Shown here piece by piece: positions 19,092 to 28,351 of a stretch of DNA of 64,000 bases. Numbering within the stretch: the first letter of the stretch is position 1; each line of letters begins with the position of its first letter. Below the pieces are notes generated by a model. The model did no database searches. It was given only the letters and a program-made list of their open reading frames with translations, and was not told the DNA's origin. The position numbers and the translations under genes are program-made. Origin of the DNA: Methanobacteriota archaeon (lineage in GTDB: Archaea; Thermoplasmatota; Poseidoniia; Poseidoniales; Thalassarchaeaceae); NCBI GenBank assembly GCA_016845345.1, contig JAERSV010000085.1:17832-81831 (forward strand), read 5' to 3'.

Positions 19092-21800
19092 ATGCCCAAG
19101 CGAGAGGATGAATCAGAGGGATTCATCTTTTTCGAAGATGATGCTGAAGATGAGTTGCTGGCAACTGATGAGAAAATCATCAAAGATGAATCTATTGAAA
19201 CTAAGGATTCACCAGCAGAATCTAGTGAATTAAGTTCATTTCAAGAAGACCAATTTATACCCCTTCAAGATATTTTACCAAAAAGAGATAACGAGTATTT
19301 TTCGGCTGAACTAGTAACTGATGGTATTCATAATTTTGAATGGCCAATCAAAGGAATGGATTGCCCTGATTGTGCGATGAAAGCGAGTTCTGCAACAAAT
19401 AAAAATCCAGCAGTTGCCTCTTGTAAGATAACCGCTGCTGATGGGATGGTCCGTCTTGGAATTGATCTTGGAAAGGGAGATCTTGCCAAAGCCAACCGAA
19501 TATTGTCAAGTTTAGGACATGAGCCAGATGTTGATTGGTTTAGGCTAACTGGCGTAACTGTTGAATCTGTAATGAAGCGTCAGCACTGTGACCGAACTTC
19601 ACTGAAGCGTCTTATTTTATCAGCCCCAGGGATACTTGACGTACGCTTAGAAGATAAGGACATTCTTATTCGCCGTCCACCAACTTTGCAGCCACTAACG
19701 CGCCAAGAACACGAGCTTGCACTAGAGAGAATGACTGGCAAGAGTGTCGAGTTGGTAAAAGGTGACGTAGCAGGCCTTTCAACAGAACATTGGCGATTAA
19801 TTGGTGCATCCATCGCCTTAGTTCTATTACCGGTAATTCTAGTTTTACAAGCAACTTCTATCCCAACAATTTTCATTGCGGGTATTGGATTTGTCGGGAC
19901 AATTGTAGGTGGGTTCCGAATGTTTATGGAAGCGATAGCAAGTATTCGTAATCGTGTTCTTGGTTTTCAAATACTCACAAGCATGGCAGTTCTTGGAGCG
20001 GCAATTTTACAGCACTGGCCTGAAGCATTAATGGTTGTATTACTTGAATCTGTAAGCGGACATTTGGAATCGTCCGCCCTTGTTAGGGCAAGAGATGCTA
20101 TGCAGGGCGGATTAGACCGCCTTCCTCGAGTCGCTAGAGTTGTTCCAGGTGACAAACCACGTTTGGGTACGGTCTCAACAACAACATTTAGCACAGGGAT
20201 ATCCCCCTTATCTTCTCTAGAACCCTCCCGTCCAGAACCTGAAGAAATCCCCATTGAACTGGTATTTCCAGGAACAATGGTTGAGGTCAGAAGTGGCGAG
20301 TTAATTCCCGTTGATGGAATAATCACCGAAGGTGTAGGACAAATTGATCGCGCACCATTGACAGGAGAAAGTGTACCAATTAGGGTAGAAGAGGGCGAAT
20401 TTGTAGAAGCGGGATTAGTCCTTCTTCGGGGTCCAATATTGATTGAAGTTTCAGCGGTTGGAGAAGATACCGCTCTTTCAAATCTAATTGAGCGTGTCCA
20501 CACATATCGAGATAAACCACCACGCCTCCAATCCTCTGTCGAGTTGTTCACAAAATTCTGGGTACCTGCAGTATTACTTGGTGGGTTCGGGGTTGCTATC
20601 ATTTTTGGAGAATGGATGATGATGTTGTTGCTGTGGGTCGTTGCTTGCCCGTGTGCTCTGCTACTAGCCGCTCCAATCCCACACGCTACTGCTCTATCCA
20701 CCGCTGCCCACCAAGGTGTCATCGCCCGCGGAGGCGATGTGCTTGAAAGAGCCGCCAGAGTAGACCTAGCATTACTGGATAAGACAGGTACATTGACGAG
20801 TGGAGAACCGCGACTGAACTCATTAGTTCTAGCAGATGGTGTTTCAATGGTAGAAGCGCTTTCACTTGCTGCTGGTTTGGAAATTCGTAGTAATCATCCA
20901 TACGCATCAACTATCATGATGGCTGCTGAAAGTGAAGATGCTGAGCCACTTGAAGTGAAATCATTGGCTGATGGAGTAGCGGGTGTTAGTGGTAAAAGTG
21001 GTCGTTCTAAAGTCCGCCTTGGAAGCCAAGAGTGGCTGACTAGTGAAGGAATAAACATTGCACAACCCTTGCAAGATGCCGCAAAAGACGCACGTACCGA
21101 TGGTCTTGGCGTGTCAATTCTTTCAAAAAGTAATGACGCAATAGCAGTTTTTACTTTCATTAATGATGATTTAAGAGTTGGTGCAAAATCCTTAATCAAT
21201 GATTTATCCGAACTTGGAATCTCTGTGGAATTGCTTTCCGGAGATTCTCAACCAGCAGTCGAAGCACTAGGTACTGAACTTGGGATTGATTCAAGATTTT
21301 GTCGAGGAGACATTGACCCTGATGGCAAGGCAATTTGGGTAGAACGTCGAAGTCAAGCACTCTGTACGATGATGGCCGGAGACGGATTCAACGATGCTGC
21401 TGCATTAGCCGCTGCAGATGTTGGTGTTGCCGTTGGTAGCGGAGAGAGTGTCAACCTTGATGCAGCTGACGTCCTAATTCCATCTAATGACCCTAGAATA
21501 TTATCGCGCCTCATTCGCCTATCTAAAAAGACCAAATTTATTGTTAATATTAATCTAGCAATTTCTTTGGTAGTTACATTAGTATTGGTTATTTCAGTTG
21601 TTGACCGCTGGCATGATAGCCTTGCAATAGGTGTATTTGTGCACGAAGCAAGCGCCCTTATTACCTTACTAAATGGAATCTGGTTAGCAGATGAAAATAT
21701 GAGTCGATTAGGCACACTTGGCAACTTGTTTAAACAACTTGGAAAGGATTGCATGGAGGCATGGAGTTCACTAAAAGTGTTGATAACTAGTAGTGATTGA
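19092..21800 (+). CDS. Heavy-metal translocating P1B-type ATPase
   Basis: The N-terminal HMA-like site is GMDCPDCAMK. The TM metal site is ACPCALLLAAP (CPC). The phosphorylation site is DKTGTLT. Also present are SNHPYAS (HP), GDGFNDAAALAAADVGVAVG and 8 predicted TM segments. The last TM carries HEAS. Confidence 0.92.
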   Translation: MPKREDESEGFIFFEDDAEDELLATDEKIIKDESIETKDSPAESSELSSFQEDQFIPLQDILPKRDNEYFSAELVTDGIHNFEWPIKGMDCPDCAMKASSATNKNPAVASCKITAADGMVRLGIDLGKGDLAKANRILSSLGHEPDVDWFRLTGVTVESVMKRQHCDRTSLKRLILSAPGILDVRLEDKDILIRRPPTLQPLTRQEHELALERMTGKSVELVKGDVAGLSTEHWRLIGASIALVLLPVILVLQATSIPTIFIAGIGFVGTIVGGFRMFMEAIASIRNRVLGFQILTSMAVLGAAILQHWPEALMVVLLESVSGHLESSALVRARDAMQGGLDRLPRVARVVPGDKPRLGTVSTTTFSTGISPLSSLEPSRPEPEEIPIELVFPGTMVEVRSGELIPVDGIITEGVGQIDRAPLTGESVPIRVEEGEFVEAGLVLLRGPILIEVSAVGEDTALSNLIERVHTYRDKPPRLQSSVELFTKFWVPAVLLGGFGVAIIFGEWMMMLLLWVVACPCALLLAAPIPHATALSTAAHQGVIARGGDVLERAARVDLALLDKTGTLTSGEPRLNSLVLADGVSMVEALSLAAGLEIRSNHPYASTIMMAAESEDAEPLEVKSLADGVAGVSGKSGRSKVRLGSQEWLTSEGINIAQPLQDAAKDARTDGLGVSILSKSNDAIAVFTFINDDLRVGAKSLINDLSELGISVELLSGDSQPAVEALGTELGIDSRFCRGDIDPDGKAIWVERRSQALCTMMAGDGFNDAAALAAADVGVAVGSGESVNLDAADVLIPSNDPRILSRLIRLSKKTKFIVNINLAISLVVTLVLVISVVDRWHDSLAIGVFVHEASALITLLNGIWLADENMSRLGTLGNLFKQLGKDCMEAWSSLKVLITSSD

Positions 21801-21858
21801 AGGTGGCAACTTGTTATAGCATAGTGCTGAGTGTTAGACAACAACGGGGAGAATAAGA

Positions 21859-22332
21859 ATGGCAAAGATTCGGGGAGACACACGGCAAGTAGCCTTAGCT
21901 CACGAAACGAGGAGGGGCATCGTTGAAACTCTACAAAATGTTGAGGAACGGTCAACAGTGCAGATTCAAGAAACAATTGGAGTTACTAGATACCATCTTT
22001 ATCATCATCTCAAACAACTCGTGAGTGCAGGTATTATTGAGAATCATCGTGACGAGGGAAGGGCACGTTGGTGGCGACTTACTGGCCCAATTGACTTAGA
22101 CGAAGGCTCTAGTGTGAGTCAGCCCGATTTATCCGGACTTCCTGACGAAGTTTCTGCTCTGATAAGGCGAGGGGCTGATGTTCATTGGGTTGAAATCGCT
22201 GGATCTGCAAGAGATTCCATCGCCGCCAAAAAAATGCTTGAAAGTGTAGCCGATGAATGGGGGGTTGAACTCGATTTGCCATTCACTTTCACACCTGGTG
22301 GAATCCTCATCATTGGTAAACCACGAAACTGA
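21859..22332 (+). CDS. ArsR/SmtB-family winged-helix transcription regulator
   Basis: LAHETRRGIVETLQNVEERSTVQIQETIGVTRYHLYHHLKQLVSAGIIENHRDEGRARWWRL is a typical ArsR wHTH. It lies 58 nt downstream of the metal ATPase on the same strand. Confidence 0.8.
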   Translation: MAKIRGDTRQVALAHETRRGIVETLQNVEERSTVQIQETIGVTRYHLYHHLKQLVSAGIIENHRDEGRARWWRLTGPIDLDEGSSVSQPDLSGLPDEVSALIRRGADVHWVEIAGSARDSIAAKKMLESVADEWGVELDLPFTFTPGGILIIGKPRN

Positions 22333-22341
22333 GGTGAATTC

Positions 22342-22758
22342 ATGTCTGAGGAAGATGTAGAGGTTGATATTAGCCCATTAGAAATTGAATCGGATATTTC
22401 TCCACCACTTATCAATTGCCCAAATTGTGAGGGTTTACTCCCACTTGGTTTGGGGACTAAGACTTGTACACTATGTGGCGCGGTTGCAAATGTTGAACAC
22501 GAGGCCACCCGAAAAGAGTGGGCACAGGAGAGGTTCGCTTGTCCAAATTGCTCCAAAGTTTTGGTTTGTGGAGTAGAAGAGAGGCCGGCAAAAGTTGCTT
22601 GTTCCTCCTGTTCAAATCAAATTGTGGTGAAACCAAAGGTTGTCAAGGTAGAGATTACTTGCCCATCATGTGACCGGCGCCTTCGCCTCAGGCCTCGACC
22701 AGGCTCGCGTCAGATTACCTGTCCTGCGTGTGATGATGAATTTAAGGTCACATTTTGA
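22342..22758 (+). CDS. Triple zinc-ribbon protein (MJ0042-like CxxC fingers), unknown function
   Basis: Six CxxC pairs are arranged as three ribbons: CPNC..18..CTLC, CPNC..17..CSSC, CPSC..16..CPAC. The last one (ITCPSCDRRLRLRPRPGSRQITCPACDDEFKV) resembles the MJ0042-type finger. GAGGTG lies 5 nt upstream of the ATG. The start is 9 nt after the ArsR stop. Confidence 0.75.
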   Translation: MSEEDVEVDISPLEIESDISPPLINCPNCEGLLPLGLGTKTCTLCGAVANVEHEATRKEWAQERFACPNCSKVLVCGVEERPAKVACSSCSNQIVVKPKVVKVEITCPSCDRRLRLRPRPGSRQITCPACDDEFKVTF

Positions 22759-22795
22759 AGCGTGTGTAGACTTTGGAAAACCCTTGTTTGGCATT

Positions 22796-22810
22796 ATACC
22801 CTTAGGGTAT
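22796..22810 (+). terminator. Small perfect palindrome ATACCC-TTA-GGGTAT downstream of the zinc-ribbon gene
   Basis: A 6-bp stem with a 3-nt loop lies 38 nt after the stop at 22758. It could be a hairpin terminator or a protein-binding palindrome; the function is inferred. Confidence 0.3.
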
Positions 22811-22938
22811 GTGAATAGCCCTTTGACGGATAATGTCACCCTGCGCACTCAAATAGGAAGAGACTTGCAGGTTTGTACTAGGAGCAATGGGCTCCAGGGG
22901 ATGGGATCCTGACTGAAACAGAAGCAAAGTTAGCAGAA

Positions 22939-25554
22939 TTGAAGAAGCAGGTCGTTGGTGGAAGCGATCATTCACTTGCTGAACTACGCCATGAAATCAC
23001 AGGTTCTGACTCCCCATCCTTGGAAAGGGCCGGCCAAGTTTCTAGAAATCTCACTAACGAGGAAGGCGTTCGGCGCAGCCTTGGTAGAGAACGCCGACTC
23101 AGGTTGAAAGATCAAGCCGAACGACTTTCGGCTGCTAAGGGCTCAATGAACCGTGCTTTGCAAATGGAGCATCAATCTATTCTCAATGACCTTGAATCAG
23201 AAATGCGAAGTGAGATGGAATCCGAACTTTCTCGATTAGAGAAAGAAACACTCAGTAGAGAAGAAGAAATATTGCGTGAAGAATTGGATATGAGACTTGA
23301 GCGCGAGGAGATTTCACTTCGCGAGCAACTTGAGGTTGAGCGAGAACGCCGTCTAAGTGCTAGTCGTGAACAACTACACACTCAACTTTCCACTGATATG
23401 AACAAAGAGTTTGACCGTCGCCGTGCTTTCTTGCAAGAGAAAATGGAGATTGAAGCAACACAAGCACTCCAAGAACAGTTGTCTAATCTAGAATCTGAAT
23501 TAAAAGAAGAGATGGAAGACCAACTAAAGTCTGAAGAAGAACGTCTGGCAGAAATAATAGAAGCAGAACAGCATTCCCGTCTTTCAGAAAGAGAAATACA
23601 ACTTCGCGATGGCATTCGCCGTCGGCTCGAAGGGCAATTACGCAGCCGCCTACGCGCTCGCGAGGCACGGCTAAGAAGTGAGTATGAACACCGTGCTCAT
23701 AGAATGGAAGAAGAGATTGCAAAAGACCTCCAAGATGAATTAGAGCAACGCCTTACCTCAGAAACCGAACAACTTGAAGAGCGAATGCAGCAAGATTTGG
23801 AGTTAGCAGTTGCACGAAAGCGCGATGAAGTCCGCTCATCAATTTTGAATGAACTTCAGACCCAGTATGGTGAAAGGATTGCAGAACGCAAACAGCGACT
23901 TCGTGAGCGTTACGACTTAACTTTTAGTCAATCTATTGACGAGATTGAACAAGCCCTCAACATTGAGTTGGAAGATGTACTACAAGACCGAATGGAGGGT
24001 GAGTTTGAAACTTACCGCCGTTCACGTGAATCGGAAATATCTAGCAGACTATCTCGATTCCGCCACGATAGAGAAATTGAACTCCGTCAACAACTGACAT
24101 CCTCATTTGAGGGTAGAAAGCAAGAATGGATAGATCAATTAGAACAGGAATATCGCTCCAAAGAGTCAGCAGTTCAGCGACAAATCATGGCTGAAATTGA
24201 CGCCAGAGTTCGTAATGAAAAGATATCTCAAGAAACCTCTCTTGATTTGCTAAAGCAGGAGACCTCAATGGAACTTGAGGTTGAGATGGAATCACGACTA
24301 CGAGAATTCAGGTCTAGAAAAGAAACAGAAGTGACAGACCAATTAGAACGCCAACTATCCAAGCGTGAAGAGATTATGCGCAACAAAGCACTCATTGAAG
24401 TTCGTCGCCGTGAATCAGAAATCCGAGCAGAAATTGAAGCGCAACTTGCGGTTAAGAGAGCAGAAATTCGTGAGCGCCTTGCTACTCTTGAGCAGCGCTC
24501 AGAAGAATTCAAACAAGTGGCTGAAGAAAAGATACGAACTCAACTTGAGCGCAATCTTGTTTCAGATGAAGACTTGGAAGACCAAGTCCGCCTCAAGCAG
24601 TTAGAGGATGAATCCGAGAATCTTGAGAATCAAGATACTGTGCTAGATCGCCGCCAGAGATGGATGGGTGCATTGGAAGGTGCGCAAGGTCAGATGCCTG
24701 AGACTGCAGTACGACCTGGTGGCCTTGTTGGAGGTGGCCGATTAGGGCAACCCAAGTCTTCCGCTCTAGGAGCGGGTGCAAAGGCCCCGACACCCTCCCC
24801 CGGACTAGCAGACGCTGGAGGACGATTAGCACCGGCACGCGCCCCAATAGGCCAGACTTCACCAGCAACTACTCCCACACCAGAAAAATCCCTTCCTAGG
24901 CCTACATCAAGTGGATCAACACTTGCCGAACGCTTAGCACCAGTACGGGCACCTATCAGAGTTGAAGGTGAAGAACCAAAACCAACACGCTCTCTAAGTG
25001 ATATTGCAGAGGATGTAGGTATCCCTGCTCCTGAAACTAAAAAGCCCGAAGAACCAACTGGCATGTTTTCACTAGAAGAACCGATAGATGATGATTGGGA
25101 TGAAGATGAAGAATCAGAAATGACTTCTGCCATCTCAGAATTAGTCACACTTGAAGATACAAAAACCGAAACCGAACCAGTAACTGAAGAACCAACTCCC
25201 ATAGCCCGAGGACCACCCGGCGGAGGGAAATTGATTCGGGATGATGTGGATGAAGAGCCAAGCGCCAGCGTGAAACCTGCGCGTGGACCTCCTGGAGGCG
25301 GAAAACTAGTTCGAGAAAGAATCGTACCTTCCGAAAGAAGTCGAATTAGTGAAAGCAAGGATTTGCCTGCTGAGATTTTAAAACCTGTCCGTAGACCAGT
25401 CCTACAACCAAAGAGTAGTGAACCTGCTAACATAAAGTCAACAACAACGACAGTCAAAGTGATGGTTCCGGTAGAGTCACCAAAAGTTGCAAAACTTACA
25501 CCTGTAAAAACAACTCTCACGGCCTTACCAAGTTCCGAAGAAGAAGAAGAATGA
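22939..25554 (+). CDS. Long coiled-coil protein (E/R/L/Q-rich, about 560 aa) with a Pro/Ala/Gly-rich disordered C-terminal third
   Basis: 871-aa ORF with no TM segment and heptad-like E/R/L repeats through most of its length. The C-terminus contains duplicated peptide motifs and ends in EEEEE. The only canonical start in the open frame (open from 22834) is TTG at 22939; the first ATG is 70 codons in. The start is therefore uncertain. Confidence 0.75.
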   Translation: MKKQVVGGSDHSLAELRHEITGSDSPSLERAGQVSRNLTNEEGVRRSLGRERRLRLKDQAERLSAAKGSMNRALQMEHQSILNDLESEMRSEMESELSRLEKETLSREEEILREELDMRLEREEISLREQLEVERERRLSASREQLHTQLSTDMNKEFDRRRAFLQEKMEIEATQALQEQLSNLESELKEEMEDQLKSEEERLAEIIEAEQHSRLSEREIQLRDGIRRRLEGQLRSRLRAREARLRSEYEHRAHRMEEEIAKDLQDELEQRLTSETEQLEERMQQDLELAVARKRDEVRSSILNELQTQYGERIAERKQRLRERYDLTFSQSIDEIEQALNIELEDVLQDRMEGEFETYRRSRESEISSRLSRFRHDREIELRQQLTSSFEGRKQEWIDQLEQEYRSKESAVQRQIMAEIDARVRNEKISQETSLDLLKQETSMELEVEMESRLREFRSRKETEVTDQLERQLSKREEIMRNKALIEVRRRESEIRAEIEAQLAVKRAEIRERLATLEQRSEEFKQVAEEKIRTQLERNLVSDEDLEDQVRLKQLEDESENLENQDTVLDRRQRWMGALEGAQGQMPETAVRPGGLVGGGRLGQPKSSALGAGAKAPTPSPGLADAGGRLAPARAPIGQTSPATTPTPEKSLPRPTSSGSTLAERLAPVRAPIRVEGEEPKPTRSLSDIAEDVGIPAPETKKPEEPTGMFSLEEPIDDDWDEDEESEMTSAISELVTLEDTKTETEPVTEEPTPIARGPPGGGKLIRDDVDEEPSASVKPARGPPGGGKLVRERIVPSERSRISESKDLPAEILKPVRRPVLQPKSSEPANIKSTTTTVKVMVPVESPKVAKLTPVKTTLTALPSSEEEEE

Positions 25555-25639
25555 TGTGTATATTTGGGATTGACCGTAGGTCATTTCAACAAAATCAACG
25601 CACCACCGCATTCAAAGGTAGAATGCTCCTCTTCGTATT

Positions 25640-28078
25640 ATGCGTGCCTCACTTAGCCTCTCGTCACTTCTGCTAATTGGCGTAATTATTCCTCTACTCG
25701 CATCCTCAACTGCAAGCGCAACAGCACTAGCAAATGCTGGAGTTGTGTCCGAAATTGACAGCCGCACAATTGGAATGTGGCAAACTTATGATGGTTATTC
25801 GGTGGTAGTCAATGAAACAGGTTTCGTAATGGCATTCGAAATTAAGGACGATGGTTCGGTTACAGAAGCATGGAATTACACTTTGAATATGTCAGTCACA
25901 AGTGGCGCGATAGATAATTCTCAACGCAGACTTGCTCTAGGCACTGATTCAGGGGTAAAGGTAATTTCAACTGAATTCCATGATCTACTCTACACAATCA
26001 GCATCATAGGAGGTGTTGATTCTGTTGACTGGGATGGCAATGGTGACCTATGGGTTGGTGATAGAGCCTATCGATATGTTGCTGAGTATGATGACACTGC
26101 TGCCACTGGAGTCACTACTCAAACACACCTCATTAAAGTGACAGCGGTACTTGGCATGGTAAATGGTAGTGTCATTTCCGGTGGAAGAGATTCAATAGTT
26201 AGAGTATCAGCACCTAACGGCTCGATGGTTCATGAGATGATGGATATTCAAAGTGACGTAGAAGGCCTGTATCTAATTGATAATGGAGATACTCTAGTTA
26301 CCACATCGACCACTGGGCAGTTGATCACGTACTCAACTTCGGATTGGCAAAAGACCGGTGACATCTATCTTTCAAGTGGCGGGATTATCAGAACCGTAGA
26401 ACAAAACACCGATGGCACATTAATTATAGGAACTCACAATGGCCATCTGACAATTTTGAATAGCAGTGATTTATCTGAAATAACTGCATTTTCAGCCCTT
26501 GGTGAAATTATCGGGGTTAAACTCGGCCAAGATACTTCCTTCTTCCTACTATCAACATTTTCTGATAAATCGGATATTATCATGTTTGATTTAGATAGCG
26601 ATGGAGATGAGGTTGTAGATGCTGTGGATGAATTCCCAGATGATTCAACCCAACAAATAGATACTGATGGAGATGGATATGGGGATAACCAACTTGGAAA
26701 CAATCCCGATAAATACCCACTTGACCCAACTCAATGGTTGGATTCTGATGGTGATGGCCGTGGTGACAACGCTAGTGGAAATAATGGTGATTTATTCCCA
26801 TTTAATCCAACTCAGTATCAAGATAGTGACGGTGATGGCTTCGGCGACAATCCATTAGGCCAAGATGCAGATGCATTCCCAAATGATCCTTCTCAGTGGC
26901 TAGACACAGATGGCGACCAATTGGGTGATAACCCGAACGGAACGAATCCAGATGATTGCCCAACATCGGCTGGAAACTCATACAAGGATAGAAATGGCTG
27001 TTCGGATTCTGATAATGATGGCTACAGTGATCCTCGTGGTGATGACCCTGAGTGCTCATCAGCTCATCCAAATGGGGCTGATGCATATCCACAAGATGCA
27101 ACACAATGGTGTGATACCGATGATGACAATTTCGGAGATAACTTGAGTGGAAATAACCCCGATTGGTGCCCTGCTGAGTGGGGTAATAGCACCCGTGGAA
27201 TCTTTTTCGATACTGAAACCAATGTTTATGTCACAATACAGAGGTTTGGTTGCATTGACAATGATGGAGATGGTTACGAAGATAGTGGCGAACAAGATGG
27301 ACTAACCGACTGGTCAACAAACAAGAGTGAATGGGTGGACAGTGATCGTGACGGTGTTGGAGATAATGCTGATTGGGATGATTTAGACCCGACTGTTAAC
27401 ACTCTTGAAGAGTATTGTGTCAAGAATCCTACGGATTACTCTAATTGTGAAACGGTATATGTTCCAGTAGATAATTCAAATGGTGAAGATGAGATGACTG
27501 CGAGCGAAAAGCGCTCTAAACTAATCAAAGAATTTTTGATCTATGGTGGAGGCATTGGAGTCGCTTTGATTGCAGGAATTTTGGCAGTGTGGGGATTAGT
27601 TGGCATTGTTCGGACATCAATTGCAAAGCGAGCACCTGATGCACAATACAGCCACCAGGATGCGACAAAGGAGTTGCAAGCATTCGAAGAAGGTGAAGAA
27701 TTCAAGACTCGGGGTGGAATTACAGAGCAGAAAGGTTGGGAGGATGAAAAACTCGGCGATGGTGTTACTGAAGATGAACTATGGGATCTTGCAGATGAAA
27801 TTGCGAAACCATCAGCCGTCCCTGACTCAAGTAAGTTCACTGATGAATCTGAGGCGGCCGCTGAAGAGTCGGATGATGCCTCAGAACCAGAGCCCGAGCC
27901 CGTACCCGAACCAGAACCAGTAGCAGTTGAGAATCAACCAACACCAGATTCAGCCCCGACTACAGAAATGCCAGAGGGCGCCCCCCCACTACCAGAAGGT
28001 GGTTTACCAGCAGGTTGGACAACAGAACAGTGGGTCTACTATGGGCACCAATGGTGGGACGCGAAGAATAAACAATGA
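25640..28078 (+). CDS. Membrane-anchored surface protein: beta-propeller-like N-domain plus about 8 thrombospondin type-3 (Ca-binding DxDxDGxGD) repeats plus TM plus acidic/Pro-rich cytoplasmic tail
   Basis: The signal peptide is MRASLSLSSLLLIGVIIPLLASSTASA. WD-like strands are present (GGRDSIVRV, THNGHLTIL). The repeats are DTDGDGYGDN, DSDGDGRGDN, DSDGDGFGDN, DTDGDQLGDN, DSDNDGYSDP, DTDDDNFGDN, DNDGDGYEDS and DSDRDGVGDN. The TM segment is LIYGGGIGVALIAGILAVWGLVGIV. Confidence 0.85.
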   Translation: MRASLSLSSLLLIGVIIPLLASSTASATALANAGVVSEIDSRTIGMWQTYDGYSVVVNETGFVMAFEIKDDGSVTEAWNYTLNMSVTSGAIDNSQRRLALGTDSGVKVISTEFHDLLYTISIIGGVDSVDWDGNGDLWVGDRAYRYVAEYDDTAATGVTTQTHLIKVTAVLGMVNGSVISGGRDSIVRVSAPNGSMVHEMMDIQSDVEGLYLIDNGDTLVTTSTTGQLITYSTSDWQKTGDIYLSSGGIIRTVEQNTDGTLIIGTHNGHLTILNSSDLSEITAFSALGEIIGVKLGQDTSFFLLSTFSDKSDIIMFDLDSDGDEVVDAVDEFPDDSTQQIDTDGDGYGDNQLGNNPDKYPLDPTQWLDSDGDGRGDNASGNNGDLFPFNPTQYQDSDGDGFGDNPLGQDADAFPNDPSQWLDTDGDQLGDNPNGTNPDDCPTSAGNSYKDRNGCSDSDNDGYSDPRGDDPECSSAHPNGADAYPQDATQWCDTDDDNFGDNLSGNNPDWCPAEWGNSTRGIFFDTETNVYVTIQRFGCIDNDGDGYEDSGEQDGLTDWSTNKSEWVDSDRDGVGDNADWDDLDPTVNTLEEYCVKNPTDYSNCETVYVPVDNSNGEDEMTASEKRSKLIKEFLIYGGGIGVALIAGILAVWGLVGIVRTSIAKRAPDAQYSHQDATKELQAFEEGEEFKTRGGITEQKGWEDEKLGDGVTEDELWDLADEIAKPSAVPDSSKFTDESEAAAEESDDASEPEPEPVPEPEPVAVENQPTPDSAPTTEMPEGAPPLPEGGLPAGWTTEQWVYYGHQWWDAKNKQ

Positions 28079-28094
28079 GTTTCAAAACTTATTC

Positions 28095-28346
28095 TCAGTG
28101 AAAATCAACTGGGATTCGAGTCTTTAATTCACCTAATTCTTTGCCCGATAGAACAGGCTTACCATCTTGTTTGAGATTGTTGACAAGTAACCATAGGATT
28201 GTGTTCCAAGTTTTCTTTGTGGCATGAAGTTCAATAGTGTTGCAAGCGGCTAGTTTTAGTAATTTATTTTCATCACTACCTTCGTTAAAGAGCCCTTTCA
28301 CTATAGTATCCGAGTTAATCCAGTATGCGGGGGCCTGTCCTTTCAT
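28095..28346 (-). CDS. Small (83 aa) protein of unknown function, translationally coupled to the upstream RHH-like gene
   Basis: The ATG at 28346 is 5 nt after the stop (28352) of the preceding gene. The protein looks mostly helical and I recognise no family. Coding status rests on ORF length and operon position. Confidence 0.5.
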   Translation of the reverse strand: MKGQAPAYWINSDTIVKGLFNEGSDENKLLKLAACNTIELHATKKTWNTILWLLVNNLKQDGKPVLSGKELGELKTRIPVDFH

Positions 28347-28351
28347 TTATT

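Noticed and set aside
19580-21976. Minus-strand ORFs of 98, 62, 251, 63, 101 and 207 aa antisense to the P1B-ATPase and the ArsR start
   Set aside because: The plus-strand ATPase is supported by a complete motif set. The antisense frames are Ser/Pro/Ala-rich shadows.
23172-25520. Long antisense ORFs (up to 276 aa) within the coiled-coil gene
   Set aside because: GAA/GAG/CGN-rich repeats read as Ser/Phe/Leu-rich open frames on the other strand. Peptide-level conservation of the duplicated motifs supports only the plus frame.
27980-28078. WW domain at the C-terminus of the TSP3 protein (LPAGWTTEQWVYYGHQWW resembles LPxGW...YY..H...W)
   Set aside because: The spacing between the two signature tryptophans and the YY strand is far too short for a three-stranded WW fold (about 6 and 3 residues versus about 11 and 10). 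I kept it only as a possible short motif, not a domain.
28095-28346. PIN-domain toxin (N-terminal ..INSDTIVKGL.. resembles the first PIN strand with its Asp)
   Set aside because: The protein is only 83 aa and lacks the further conserved acidic residues and the C-terminal half of a PIN fold. It also does not resemble RelE/ParE patterns by eye.
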